A DNA stretch of 63,594 nt, the filler included, from Ministeria vibrans ATCC 50519 (taxonomy: Eukaryota; Protista; Filasterea), in the NCBI GenBank assembly GCA_943704425.1. It is 8 parts of 8 records of this genome, joined end to end, with 100 filler letters (N's around TTAATTAATTAA, not from the genome) between each part and the next. Parts side by side here need not be neighbours in the genome. Positions count along the whole stretch, not along the records: positions 46,073 to 57,629 come from CALSCP010002807.1; positions 57,730 to 59,375 come from CALSCP010000662.1; positions 59,476 to 61,126 come from CALSCP010001804.1; positions 61,227 to 63,594 come from CALSCP010001485.1; 4 more parts are not named here. One strand, 5' to 3'. Below the pieces are notes generated by a model. That model saw only the letters and a list, made by a program, of their open reading frames with translations. It was not told where the DNA came from and made no database searches. The translations under genes were made by a program, and so were the position numbers. Shown here piece by piece: positions 49,144-61,363 of this stretch. Positions within the stretch are counted from its first letter, which is position 1; every line of letters starts with the position of its first letter.

Positions 49144-52100
49144 TCACACATTCACCCAGTCCTCTCCGGTAGTTTCTTCGAGATTCAATTGAATCGAACA
49201 CTCGTCAAATGTCCACGTCTCAGTGACGTTCTCGTAAAAGTCTGCGGGCACACGCACAAACCCGGCAATGTCGAAGATGCGCAAAATGGCGGCGTCGCGC
49301 AGGACGTCGCGTAGCTCGCGCGATTGGTGCGAGCCGTCAAAGAACTTGTTGCTGCGTTGCTTGAACGACGCCTGGAAGTCGGCCCAGGAAAAGGCCAGCA
49401 CACAGTCAAAGCGAAGAACACGCTCGAGAACATCGCTCGAAATCACAGTGGTGAGAGTGGGCCGAGGCAAGCGCCAACGCTCCGTCTCGCCGTACACTCG
49501 ATTTGTGTCCCGTGTCGCCACCAACGAACTGCGCAGGTCTTGAGCCAGTGACGCTAGTGTCACCGCGTGGACCTCAGTATTCACCAGTTCCTTCTCGGGC
49601 GCATCCACGGGCACGAGCTCCCCCGTCTCGTTGAGATACGTTTTGACGTCACGGTAGCCCACACTTCCCCCACACAAAAAGCGCTTCATGATCTCTTCCA
49701 CATTTATGATGCTATGGAGACTCTCGCTGTCGATGTGCGGCAGCGCCATCATTGCATACTTGCACTACGGAAATAAAAATAATTAGTACAAGAAAAATAT
49801 TATAATAATAATAATAATAATAATTGATAAAGACGTCAAAAACATAATAATAATTTCATAATAATAGTAATTATTATTATTATTATTATAAAGGCATGCG
49901 TACGCGAGAGAATCCACCGGAGAGTGCCAATGGGAGACGCATTAGTTGTTGCAAAATGAGCTGCATCGACGTGTGTTCTTCGTAGGCCTTGTTCGAGCCG
50001 TGGCGGAACGGCGTAAGATGCTCGGCAATAAAGCGACCTTTGATGTCATTGACGAGCGCCGCAATGTGCAGCTGTAACTTCACGACCGTACGCTCTTCAT
50101 CGCTCGTAATGGGCACGTTGACATACTTGTCGATGTTGTTCAGCACATGCGTGACTGTCCAGCCTTGCAGGTACACCACTTGTCCGTCTGGACAGCGTCC
50201 CTCCAGAGCTCCCGTCAGCTATATGAAAAACAAAATCAGTCACTATTAATGATTCTCTATTATTTTATTTTTAATTTCATTGCAAAAAGACAATAATAAT
50301 AATAAAAATTAATTATTAATGACCATAATAATGTTGTTGTGCCGTTGTTGTTGTTGTGCTCACCTGATAAACAAAATCGAGAGCTTGAGCGCGCTGTGCC
50401 TCGTCCGTGTCTGGATCATTGATGGTCTCCCAGGGGGCGCTTTGGCGTAGCATATAGATGTAGCGCTTCATGAGATTGAGTTGGTCGTGCGGATTTTGGT
50501 AGCCCATTGTTGCTGTTTTGGCAATGTTCTGCAAGTCCTGGCGCAAGTTGCTGTCTGGCGGCAAAAGGGAGGCCATCTGCTCGTGAAGCGCATGCACTTG
50601 TTGTGCCAGCATAATTGCCCGAAAGCCGTCTACATGGTCTCCAGTGGCAGACGCAAACATCGCGCTCTGTAGTTGAAAAATATTAGTATTATTATTATTG
50701 CTATTATTATAATTATTTTACCGCATCGTTGATTTCCGTCAGATCCTCTTCCCGGAGCTCGCTGTTAAACAACCCAATGTATGGATCCGCATAGGTAATG
50801 CGGGCGTAGTCGAGCACGGGCTGGTCGGTGAGAGACGCCGTCTGCTCAATCGCACGTTCGACGAGCGCAGCCGCGCGCCTGTCCAACTGGATGAGATCAA
50901 TTGTGGGCGAGTCGCTACCCCCACACAAATAAGTCCACCGACCAACCAATAAATTTAAAATCATGTTCATATGGTCGGTGGCAAGCCACGTCTCGTTGAG
51001 CCGCGACTCGGCGAGGTTGCGCACAAGTTGCTGGCGGAATTCCATGGCGCGCTCGTTCCCAACATGCTGTCGATTCACAATGGCGTGATTCCACGACTCC
51101 ACCGACGCAATCACATGGTATCCAAGACGAGCAAACGAACCAAAGTCCGGCGACAGGTTTTTGAGTAGACCTCGTGCCTCACGGTCGAGCGTTCGACGCA
51201 CCTGTTCCACGCGAGGCCACCAGTTGATGGCTCGCGGTCTCGAAGGTCCAGCGCCATCCCTCGCGCTCTCCGACTCCTGGAAATTTGCCTCCGCACTTGC
51301 TTGTGCTTCGAGGAGCAGACGACGTGCCGAGCGTGCGTGCATCAAAATGTTCACATCGTCATCGGTGTGATTCACTTCGTTCATGAGATGAAATGCATGG
51401 ACAGCGATGAGGGCGGCCCAGGCAAAGCGCGTGTCCTCCTCCACGTCGAGTGCTGCACTAGATGGACGAGCTGTGTTGGTCGCGGCCGGCAGTGCGTGTG
51501 ACAGCAAGTCGAGCACGGCGTCACGATGATCATGTTCGCCGAGCTCGAGGTCGTTCATAAAGTGTCCTTGAATTTTGGTGGCCATCGAGAGGACCTCGAT
51601 CTGTACTTTTGGTGTGCGCTGACCAGGCTCAAGCAGTGCAAACACTTTGGTGGCGTGATCCTTGGCGGTGGCCCACGCTTTCGTGGGATTGACTCCTGCA
51701 TCGATGTGCGCGGTGAGCTCCTCCATGAGATCATCGAGAGTGGCCGTGTACGATACTGCTGGGGCAGTGGCATCGGTCTCATCGGCATCAACGTTCACGC
51801 TGAGTGTCGTTGGCACATTGGCAACCAGCGTGCACAAGAGCCCGTGGATCATGTCGACGGGCGCCTCTTCGAATTTGTCCAAGGCAAAGTCGTGAAGTTC
51901 GTCCATCAGCGGTGACATCAGCTGAACAAGTGCAGTGGCAATGGCACGTCGTTGCTTCACCGACGGTACCGGTGTGGGCGAGGACGTAGATGTCGACGAG
52001 ACAAAAAACCTGTTGAGGCGCACTGCAACAAATTGGACAAGCAATGCTGAGGGTACGGAGTTTGTGGTGGGCGAGGGTGTCTGTGCTGCAGGTGCGGGGC

Positions 52101-53946
52101 CGCCGGTGTTCGACTTGGTGCTGCTTTCCGCCGCGCTGTTCGCCTGCTCCACCGCCTCCACCGCTGAAAGATTCTTCGAGGTCGTCTCATCAGACGACGA
52201 ATCGTGATGTGTGATCGAAGGGCGGTAGTGTGCGCGCAAAGTCGAGACCAGCTCGCCCAGCGGTGAGTCGGGCGAGTCAACAAGACCCGCCATCACAAAG
52301 TTGCAGTTGACAGTGCGTGCGAGCTTCACCGTCGCGTGGTAGGTCAGGTACGTAAGCACCGCGTGCTTGACTTGGGATTGGTAAAAGTGTGACATGGAGT
52401 GCACGGCAAGCTCAAGGGCCGGATGCGCCAGCAAATGAGAGGGTGCAGCTGCCTTGGATACCGTCTCGATGAGTTTGACGCGATCACGTGCCTCCTTAAC
52501 CATCTTCTTGGTTTCCGCATGAAGCGGCGAGACAGACTCCGAGCTGGCGCTTGACTGACCGTCGGAGTTTTGACTGCGACGAGTCGGCACCGATGTTAGG
52601 TCCGGCTCGCCATCGGGCACTTCACGACGCAATTGCTCCTCGAGCGTCTTCAGACGCTCGGTGCCGGTGCTCACCACACGTCCGTACCAGTGCGATGCAC
52701 GCTTCCATGCCTCACGACGGCTGTCAATGCACTGATGAAAGTCGCTCACGCCAATGCCATTGAAGAGGCGCGTCGCCAGCTCGAACATGCTGTCCAAGTG
52801 CATCCCCTCGGCGGCCAGCTCGAGCTTCTCATTCACGAGGTGCGTCGCAACCAGACGCTGTTCCCACTCCTGAGCGTACCACGCATGTCGATTGTTCAAC
52901 AACGTAGCATGCGCGTGTGCTGCAATAGGCGAGTAGGGCGCTTGCTCGAGGTACTCAATGGCCTGGCGGTTCGCTGAGGTCTGCATGACGACGTCGGACA
53001 CGTCGACGCCTTGGCCACGGACGTACATAAAGGCAATGCTCTGGCTGGCAACCGCTGCCATGTCAGAACGATCCGTGAGGTGAAACATGGCGCTGGCCGC
53101 CTCCAAACGCACAGCGGCCGTAGCAAAGCGCAGAAAGCGGGCGGCGATTGTCTCAGTCGAGGTCAGCGACGCGCGCATCATCTGTCGGCCTTCGGACAGG
53201 CAGCTGGCCGCAAATCGAAGGAGCGCCTGCTGTCGATCCGTCCTTCCCGGCGGCAAGGCATTGCTGTTGCTCAGCTCGGTGAAGAGATCGTCGTAGAGGT
53301 CGTTCTCGGCACGATCGAGTTTTGCGCGCCAGGTCACATCATTGACGCCGCTGTCGAAGACGCCGTTCTCGCCGGTGTCGCCGCCGTCGCCGCCGTCGTC
53401 CGAGTCCGAGTCCGAGTCTGGGAAGGGGTCAATGTAGCTAATGGCGTCCAGGTCACGGTCGGGCTCGGCAGCGGCCGCCGCCACGATGACGTCGCGGTAC
53501 GAGCGCGCCAATTCCGTGTCGACTTCGAGGGCGTCTGCATTGCCAATCATTTCGATGTAGAGCATCGCCTCGCACTCGTTCGCTCGGCGTTGCTGTGGCG
53601 AAGCACCCTCGACAAGAAGCACGTTGGAAAGGTGAAGCTGTGCGAGACCGCGCATCGCATCGATGCAATTGTGATTTTCCGCAAGAAGTTCAAGAAAAAG
53701 ATCTCGCGCTTTTCGGTAGTCTTTCTGCTCAATGGCCGCACGCGCCGCAGCGAGCTTGGGCGGCTCCGACGGGTGTCGATCATCCGTTGCAATGGGTGCT
53801 GAGGATGGCGTTGAAACCGACGAGCCTTGGCGTTCTGGCTGGGGTTGAGCGACAGTCGAGGTCGACGGTTGGGACGAAGTCGACGTCGAATTTAGCGAGG
53901 AAGCGCGTGACGGCGTCGAGGAGGGCTTTGAACCGCTGGAACCCAT
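49144..53946 (-). CDS. 1487-aa protein: N-myristoylation motif, TPR/Sel1-like repeats, helical middle, putative NEL-like (CxD) E3 ligase domain
   Basis: Exons 50722-53946, 50364-50666, 49904-50218 and 49144-49764, all phase 0 with GT-AG and AT-rich introns, join into one open frame. MGSSGSK; KDYRKARDLF...AMRGLAQL (TPR); FMYVRGQGV and LAAEGMHLDSMFELA..LFNGIGV...A.HWY (Sel1); EGRCPDG. Confidence 0.8.
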
Positions 53947-54820
53947 GGCGAAGGCGGTGTACTATCAATGACAGTGGGTTTAAAGAGAAGGGCGTGTATA
54001 GGAGGAGGGTGAGAAGGGAAATGAGGAGGGGAGAAAAAGAAAAAAAATTAATAACAAACAAAACTCAGCTTTTTTATTTTTATTATTCGTCCAAAAATCG
54101 AATGATTAAAAATGTCTCGTGAACGTTGGCACCCAGCTCTCCTGTCCCGTTTTGGGCTTCGGTAGTGAGTTCGGCTTTTGAGTTTTGACTTTCGAGGGCC
54201 CTGCGGGCTCCGGCGCATTGAGTTCGCATTGAGCCTGAGGGGCGTCGCAATGAAGTCGCAATGGCGCACTGGGGGGTCACTGGGGACTGCCGTGTACCCC
54301 TCAGGGGTCTATCAGTGCCTCCGTTCATTCTTCTCATGGGTGTATCCAGTATCAGTGGGTCTATGGGCTTCTTTGGGGATATTTTCGTCTTGAATTGATT
54401 AGTCTAAGGCGGAAGTATTGTGTCGATCTTGTTGTACTACAGCTCTCGATTCTCTATTAATTGTTATTTTCTTCGTATTTCTGTGTATTACTCCGTAGTG
54501 TCATGATCACTCTAGTCTTGACTCTTGAGTGCATGCATTCAGTATTAATTGTTGCAACAGCTTCGCATGGGTTGCTTAAAATATGATAACATTGTATATA
54601 ATTATGAATCATTGTTTCATCATTGTCACTTCGTTCGGGCAAAATATGACAAACTTCTAGAGACAAACTGATTACATCCATGAATAAGGAGGTGGAGTTA
54701 GCAAGTTGTTGATTGAAAACAAACAGGGTTATATCAAATAGAAAAAGAAAAAGTATATAAAGAAAAAGTTTTACATTAATTGTATTATTCAATATTATTT
54801 TTGTGGGTGGTTAGTGTGGT

Positions 54821-57514
54821 TCAGTCGCGTGGAGGCAGGTGATAAAACTTGCAGGTGGACGCAGCGGGACAACGAGTAAGTACCACGCTGCGACAAACAC
54901 CGGGGTAGGAGCAGTCGGGACAGTCTCGAATGCGATGCGATGTCTTTCCACAAAAGGCACAGGCGGCGAGGTTGCGCGCTGGGGGGGCGGCACCTGAAGA
55001 GGGAGCCGTGGTCGCCGGGGGAGGGCCACTGGTCGTAGCAGTCACTCGGGGATTGGAAGTACCATTACTGCGCGCAAACGCCGAGAGTCCACCACCGCCA
55101 CCAAAACGAGGCGCTACACTCGAGCTGCCCGCCAACAAGTTTGATATTTTGAACGTGCTAGTTGTGCCGAAGGCGTTGCTGTTTGTGCTGCCGGTGGTGG
55201 CAGCGGAAGCCGCCAGCGACGACAGGTTGGAGAGGTTGAGAGTGGACGAGGAAGAGGTGCTGGTGGACGGAGTGGAGGATGCTGAGAGTTGGTTGAGTGA
55301 GGGAGGAGGATACTTGGAGGGCGGTGGAGGGGCGTAGGGGTGACGTGCGGGAGGACGCTCTGCAGGGGGAAGCTGCTGGGGTGGATGTGAGTGGTAGTAA
55401 TGTTGTTGTTCCGGCTGCTGTTGGTGGTGTTGGTGGTTGTGCTGATGATGCCCAGTGTAGTAAGACGACCGTGGCGGCTGAGTGTGGTTGTGGTACTGTT
55501 GTTGTTGTTGTTGCTGTTGTTGTTGATGCGGTTCTTGTTTTTGTTGAGGGCGGTAATGGTCGGGCGGAGGTGGATGTGACAAGTGATGCGGCTGATGTGG
55601 CTGGTGTGGCTGGTGGGACTGTTGCAACTGGTCGTGGTGCAGAGGTGCGTCGGGCGGGGGAGGGAAGTGAGGATGAGCTGTATGGTGAACCGAGGGGCTC
55701 TCAAGCTCATACCAGAGAATCGTTTCGGCATGCTTGTGTAATTTTTCGGCGTGAGGATGTCGCATTTCGGCGAAGGGCGGTTCAATGGGTTCGGTGGAGA
55801 GGCGGTCGGCGAGCACAGAGCGCACGCGCTGCGCCTGCACCTCTGCCTCGACACTCGCCATCACCACTGGCCTATTATCCGTGTCCACTAGGGGCGGCAC
55901 GTCTAAGGTTTGAGGGCGCACCCACGGCACAGCAGCTTGCAGTCGCTCGGTAGTGCGTCGGAGCGCGGCTCCCTCGCGCACACTCTCGTTCTCTCGGCCG
56001 TTGCCGTTCGAAAGGGGTCGCGACGGCTTTGAATCATCCACATTAATCCAACGCGAAACAATTTCCACTTTGACCAATCTTGTGGCGGGTGCAAATGTAA
56101 CACGACGTCGCCGCTTTGCCGCCGTCGACGCGGAGCTGCTATCGGCAGAAGAAGAGAGAAGCGTGGGAGATGAGCGCCGGGGCGCATGCGCGTCCACCGA
56201 GGTAAACGACGACGACAACGACGACGACGACGACGATGATAAGGGAGCGATGGTCCTCGATGTTTTTGTAGAGATTGCAGCATCGGGGATGGGTGAGATA
56301 GTGCGAGGGCGTTTGCGCTGCGCCACGTCTCGGCCAGCGTTCGCAAGGAAGAGATTGTTGTCATCAGCATCGCTAGTGTTGATATTGTCGCCAATATCCG
56401 TAGACAGGGCGGTCGGCACACCACCGCGTGTGTTGTTGGTCTCAACGTCCACGTCCATGGAGGCGCGGTCGGCAACGGAGGCAAGTGCCCGAAACGCTTC
56501 GGGACCACTCATGGACGTGGTCTCGTCCAGCTCGGCCTCCTCGGCCGTACGCTTCAATGACTCTGCAATGCTTTCTACAGCGCAACCATCGTGCAACTGG
56601 GGCGTTCCCGGTCGCTGTTCGGCCGTCTCTTTTGCTCGCTCGAGTTCGCTCTCGTCCGTCGCCGCCACCAACTTCTTCCAGCGATCTTGCAAATCTGACG
56701 CTGTCAACGCCAACGATCGACCCATCGAGTCCGACCGCGCATTGCCTCGTTTCACTACACTTCGTACAGCCTTGATCACATCCTTCTGAGCCAGCATGTC
56801 CGCTACCGTCATCGGCAGTGCTCCCAATATCTATTAGGAAAAGAACCAACAGCAATAATTTCGTTAATGCGACGTCGCACAATCCACACACGCACACACA
56901 CACACAAGGGTAAAGAAAAGCAGGACAGAACTGGGGAGAGGCGTGCGCTGGGAGGGGTGGGGGGCGAGGGATGGGATGGGATGTTGACAGGTGCCATCCA
57001 ATCAAGTGGAGTATATCACGGTTTAACGGCCCTTGAACACCACTTCAATCATGGCAGGCAATGTGCAACCCACAGGAATACATCGTGTTCAGAGAATGAA
57101 GAGTTATAAGCTCGTTCTCCGCCTTTGTGTTTTCCTTTTTTTTTTTTTTTTTTTTTTTTTTTTCTTTGGTTCGTTCAACCAACAGAAACCGAACTCCTCC
57201 TTTCTGCGTCCGAGTCAGTTCACGAGCAACGATACGAGTACCCATGCGTTCGGCAAGGCACGTGGCGAACCGACTCTTTGTCTTGATGAAAACTGTTCTT
57301 TTTCTTCAACAGAAACTCTCTCTCAGACACACACACACACACACCGCCAGTCGGGGGAAACGTGTTCCGCACAGACTGACACGGTGCCGCAGCGCACGTG
57401 GAAGAGTGCACAACATCGATTGTCTTAACCTTAAGGCACTTTTGTGCGATCGCATCACTTCGCGCTCCTTTCAGCCACGACGCGACGACCAGCCCTGCGC
57501 CGCAATCTACAAGT
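54821..57514 (-). CDS. PPP1R10: PP1 nuclear targeting subunit PNUTS-like (5'-partial)
   Basis: Exon 57430-57514 spliced to 54821-56830 gives a TFIIS-N-like domain (LVDCGAG..V.SWL...LKILGALPMTV...ASDLQDRWKKLV). RVxF motif RRRRVTF, then VPWVRP, S.E..VQAQR...L and EP.EPP; C-terminal CCHC and CCCH fingers. Confidence 0.82.
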
Positions 57515-57815
57515 CTGCACAACACAATTACACACCACACACGCCGGCCGTCAGTAACGTCCGCATGTCATATTTCTATAAACAAAAGAAGCAAACGAGC
57601 GCCTCCTCTACATAGAAGATGCCTCGAAGNNNNNNNNNNNNNNNNNNNNNNNNNNNNNNNNNNNNNNNNNNNNTTAATTAATTAANNNNNNNNNNNNNNN
57701 NNNNNNNNNNNNNNNNNNNNNNNNNNNNNCAAGTGAGAGAAACAAGTGAGAGAAAGCGAAGGAAAACGAACACAATGATCAGAGAAATGACATTGCGCTT
57801 TTGAAAACAACACAG

Positions 57816-59325
57816 GTTTTGCTGCACACAGACGACGATGTGTCTGCCGACGACGCCGGCGCACTTGTCTCGCTCAAGTCGCAGATCTGCAGCAACATTG
57901 CACTCTACGCCTCAATGTACGACGAAGAGTCCGTTGAACATTTGCCTGCCTTTGTAGAGGCTGTCTGGGAGCTCTTGGTAAGTAGAGTGCAACAATGATA
58001 ATAATGGTATCAATTTGACCGTACATTCTTTCTGCCTCTGTCTCTGTGTTTATCTCTGTTGCTCAGGTGAACACCCCCACGACTGAAAAGTACGATTTGC
58101 TGATCAGTCATGGCATTGGCTTTCTTACAAGCGTCTCCGAACGACCCACCTACCGACATCTCTTTGAAGGAGGTCTCACTGCCATCTGTGAAAAGGTAGA
58201 GATCCCTTTCTATTGCGTTCCTCTTTGAGTATCGTCTTTTGATTATAATAATAATAATTATTTTAAAATATAATATTATTGTGACTGATTTTTCTGAACT
58301 GCTTTTGATGCTTCAGGTGATTGTGCCAAACATGATGTTAGGCGAATCGGACCAGGAGATGTTTGAAGACGATCCAGAAGAGTGGATCCGGCGTGACATG
58401 GAAGGGAGTGACGTCGACACGCGCCGTCGCGCAGCTTGTGACCTTGTGAGGGCACTTTGCCGTTTCTTCCAGAAAGAAGTACTATTCATTTTTTATTTAT
58501 CGTCACCTATTTTCCTACACATCTCTTTCTCTCCGTCTCTCTTTGTACGTTGTGCGATTTTCTTATATACTTGCTTTCTTTTCTCGGGTAGGTGAGCGAC
58601 ATCTTTACCAACTACATTTCTGCCATGGTTGGAGCATACGCGGCGGACCCGGCTGCCAACTACATTAGCAAAGAGGCTGCGCTGTATCTGATCACTTCGC
58701 TCACTGTGCGTGCCACTGTACGCACTGCGGGTGCCACTCAAATCAATCCTTTGGTGGACATTGTTGACTTTTTCACCAGTCATGTGTTGCCCGAGTTGAG
58801 TGCGGTCAATGCACAGACGAACGCAGTTGATCCCGACGCCGGCTTTGCCATTCTCAAGGGCTCCTGCATCAAATTTATTCACACCTTCCGCGCTCAGTTG
58901 CCAACAGAGGCAACACGCTCAGCACTAACTCCTTTGCTCGTCTCGCATCTGTACGCGAGCAACACGGTCGTCCACACATACGCTGCGGTTGCCCTTGAGG
59001 AGCTCTGTGCCCTTCCCGAACCCCCCGAGAACCCTACTACGACCAAGCTGCGCGCCGAAGAGATCACACCACAGCTCGAGTCTATTCTCAATGCCGTCTT
59101 CAAGGTGCTTTTTTCGCAGTCGACGCAGGCCAATGAGTTCTCCGGCGAAAACGAGTACCTCATGAAGCTCGTTATGCGCGTCATTGCCCTCTCCAAGACC
59201 GCCATCTCTCCCTACTCGGACATTCTCATTGGCTCGCTCACCGATAAGGTCTTGGCCGTTGCCACAAATCCTTCTCGTCCCGGTTTCAACCACTTCCTTT
59301 TTGAATCCATTTCCGGCATTGTCAA
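57816..59325 (+). CDS. CSE1L: Exportin-2 / CSE1, internal fragment (both ends truncated by contig edges)
   Basis: LKSQIC.NIALYA..YDEE, V..VWELL, KYDLL.S..I.FL.SV, VIVPNM....D.E.FEDDPEEWIRRD.EGSDVDTRRRAACDLV, VVHTYAA, ENEYLMK, NPS.P.FNH.LFE. Confidence 0.95.
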
Positions 59326-59555
59326 GTGAGTCAACCCTGTTATTGAGTTTTTTTTTTTTTTTTTTTTTTTGGTTTNNNNNNNNNNNNNNNNNNNNNNNNN
59401 NNNNNNNNNNNNNNNNNNNTTAATTAATTAANNNNNNNNNNNNNNNNNNNNNNNNNNNNNNNNNNNNNNNNNNNNTCTGTCTCATTTTTGTACTTGTTTT
59501 GTCTCTGTTTCACTCTGTCTCACTTTATCACTTTGTTGTCTTTTATATGAGTCAG

Positions 59556-61116
59556 GTTGGTTTGAGCATTGTGACTGGCTTTGGGTTCTGTATGCTGTTG
59601 GGACAGCCTCTCACTCCTCTGGCACAGATATCGCCATTTATTCTGCTTGGAATTGGTATAATACTCTACTACCATGAGAATCCTTTTCTCGCTCTCTCTG
59701 ATGCATGTACTAGGTCTGGATGACATGCTTGTGCTTGTGAGCTCAGTGCCGTCTGCGTCACAGTCGTCCAAGGAGTCCATAGAGGATCGCGTTGTGACAG
59801 CTGTGCGTGCGGGGGGCGCTAGCATCACCATCACATCCCTCACCAATGTCATGGCCTTTGCGTTTGGCTCTATCTCAGGTCCGTCATACTTGTCTTTATC
59901 ATTGTGTTTCTATGATTTGCTCTCTTTTCTCTCTCTCTCTTGTATTGCTCTCTGCCTCTCTTTCTCTGATTTGTTTCTCTTTGTAGGACTTCCTTCCATT
60001 CACTTTTTCTGCGTGTACATGTGTGTATGCATTTTGATGGACTACATCCTCCAAATCACACTCTTTCTTGCATTCGTACGGTCCTACCTCGACACGCACC
60101 TTTCTCTTTTAACCTCATGTGGCCGTAGATTGTTCTTGACGAGCGCCGCATTGAAGCCGGACGCGCCGACCTGTGCCCCAACTGCTATGTTGAGGGCTAT
60201 GGGCCAGGTGGGCCCAACGAAGACAATGAAAGCCGTCTTGAGCAGCAGGAGAAGCAGCAGAAAACGTCCGTGTCGATTGACACGGAGATGGTGTCGTCGG
60301 GCGCACAGTCGACAACGGTCCTTGCTTCGGGTGTGAGCAAGGCTGCGCTGGTGCGTCAACCGTCAGGCGTCGAAATGGCCGAGCGCGGACTGCTCTTTGA
60401 AGACCAGCACGAGAGCCACATCCGACGATTCATGCGCCTCTACTATGCCCCCTTCCTCATGAAGCCTCTCGTGCGCTTTCTTGTGTTTCTTCTTTTTGGC
60501 TCCTATCTTGCATTTTCCATCTGGTCTGCCACCCGTCTCGACCAAGGGTGAGCTGAGCTGTTCCAGTGAATTTCTTACTTATTCTCATTTGCGAACATCT
60601 ATTTCTTTTAGTCTCCCACTGCAGGATCTCGCTCCCGACGGCAGTTACTTGGCCGACTACATTGATGAATCGGAGCTGACGTATGACAAGCAGGTACGTG
60701 CCGCGACGCGAGTAAACTGGGAGCTAGGAATTGCATTGATTCGATTTGGGTAGATTGGCCCGCAAGTGTTGTTTTACATGCGCGACGTGGACTTTTCACT
60801 GCCGGCACAGCAGGAGCTGATTGTGCAGGAGCGGGATGCACTGGTCGCAGACGAATGGGTTGACACAAACTCGCCGTCGGTGTACTGGCTGTCGGGGCTG
60901 CTTGCGTATGCGGCTGAGCAGGGTGACATCCCTCTCACGCCCAGTGGCTACATTGTGCAGTCTGCCTTTCAGTCTGCTCTCGCCCGCTACCTTGCCTCGT
61001 CTTCCGGCTCCTACTTTACTTCCGATGTCATCTTTGATGCGTCCAGCAATGTGACCTCTGCGCGTCTTCCGATCTTTTTTGTGCCGGTCTCGGCCATTGA
61101 TGGCTCCGAAGGAAAG
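59556..61116 (+). CDS. Patched/NPC1-related sterol-sensing-domain (RND-like) membrane protein, internal fragment
   Basis: PFILLGIG|LDDMLVL (GxxxDD), G.SITITSLTN..AF..G, LP.I..FC, YILQIT.F.A...LD.RR, Y.PFL....R..V, L.DLAPDGSYL. Confidence 0.88.
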
Positions 61117-61363
61117 GTACACACAANNNNNNNNNNNNNNNNNNNNNNNNNNNNNNNNNNNNNNNNNNNNTTAATTAATTAANNNNNNNNNNNNNNNNNN
61201 NNNNNNNNNNNNNNNNNNNNNNNNNNCTTTCTTTTACTCAAAAAAAAAAAAAAAACTCAATCCTCGACAGTCTACCTGTGTTTTCATCTCAGAAGACAAA
61301 ATGACCCTGTTTCTTATTAGGTGCGTATAGATAAATATAAAAATGTCAAACTTATTTCAATCA

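Noticed and set aside
54120-54400. GC-rich intergenic segment with small hairpins (ACCCCTCAGGGGT) and a repeated GTCGCAATG, considered as an ncRNA
   Set aside because: No tRNA, snRNA, SRP or RNase P/MRP consensus could be recognised by eye. It may simply be the promoter of the downstream 1487-aa gene. An Rfam scan is needed.
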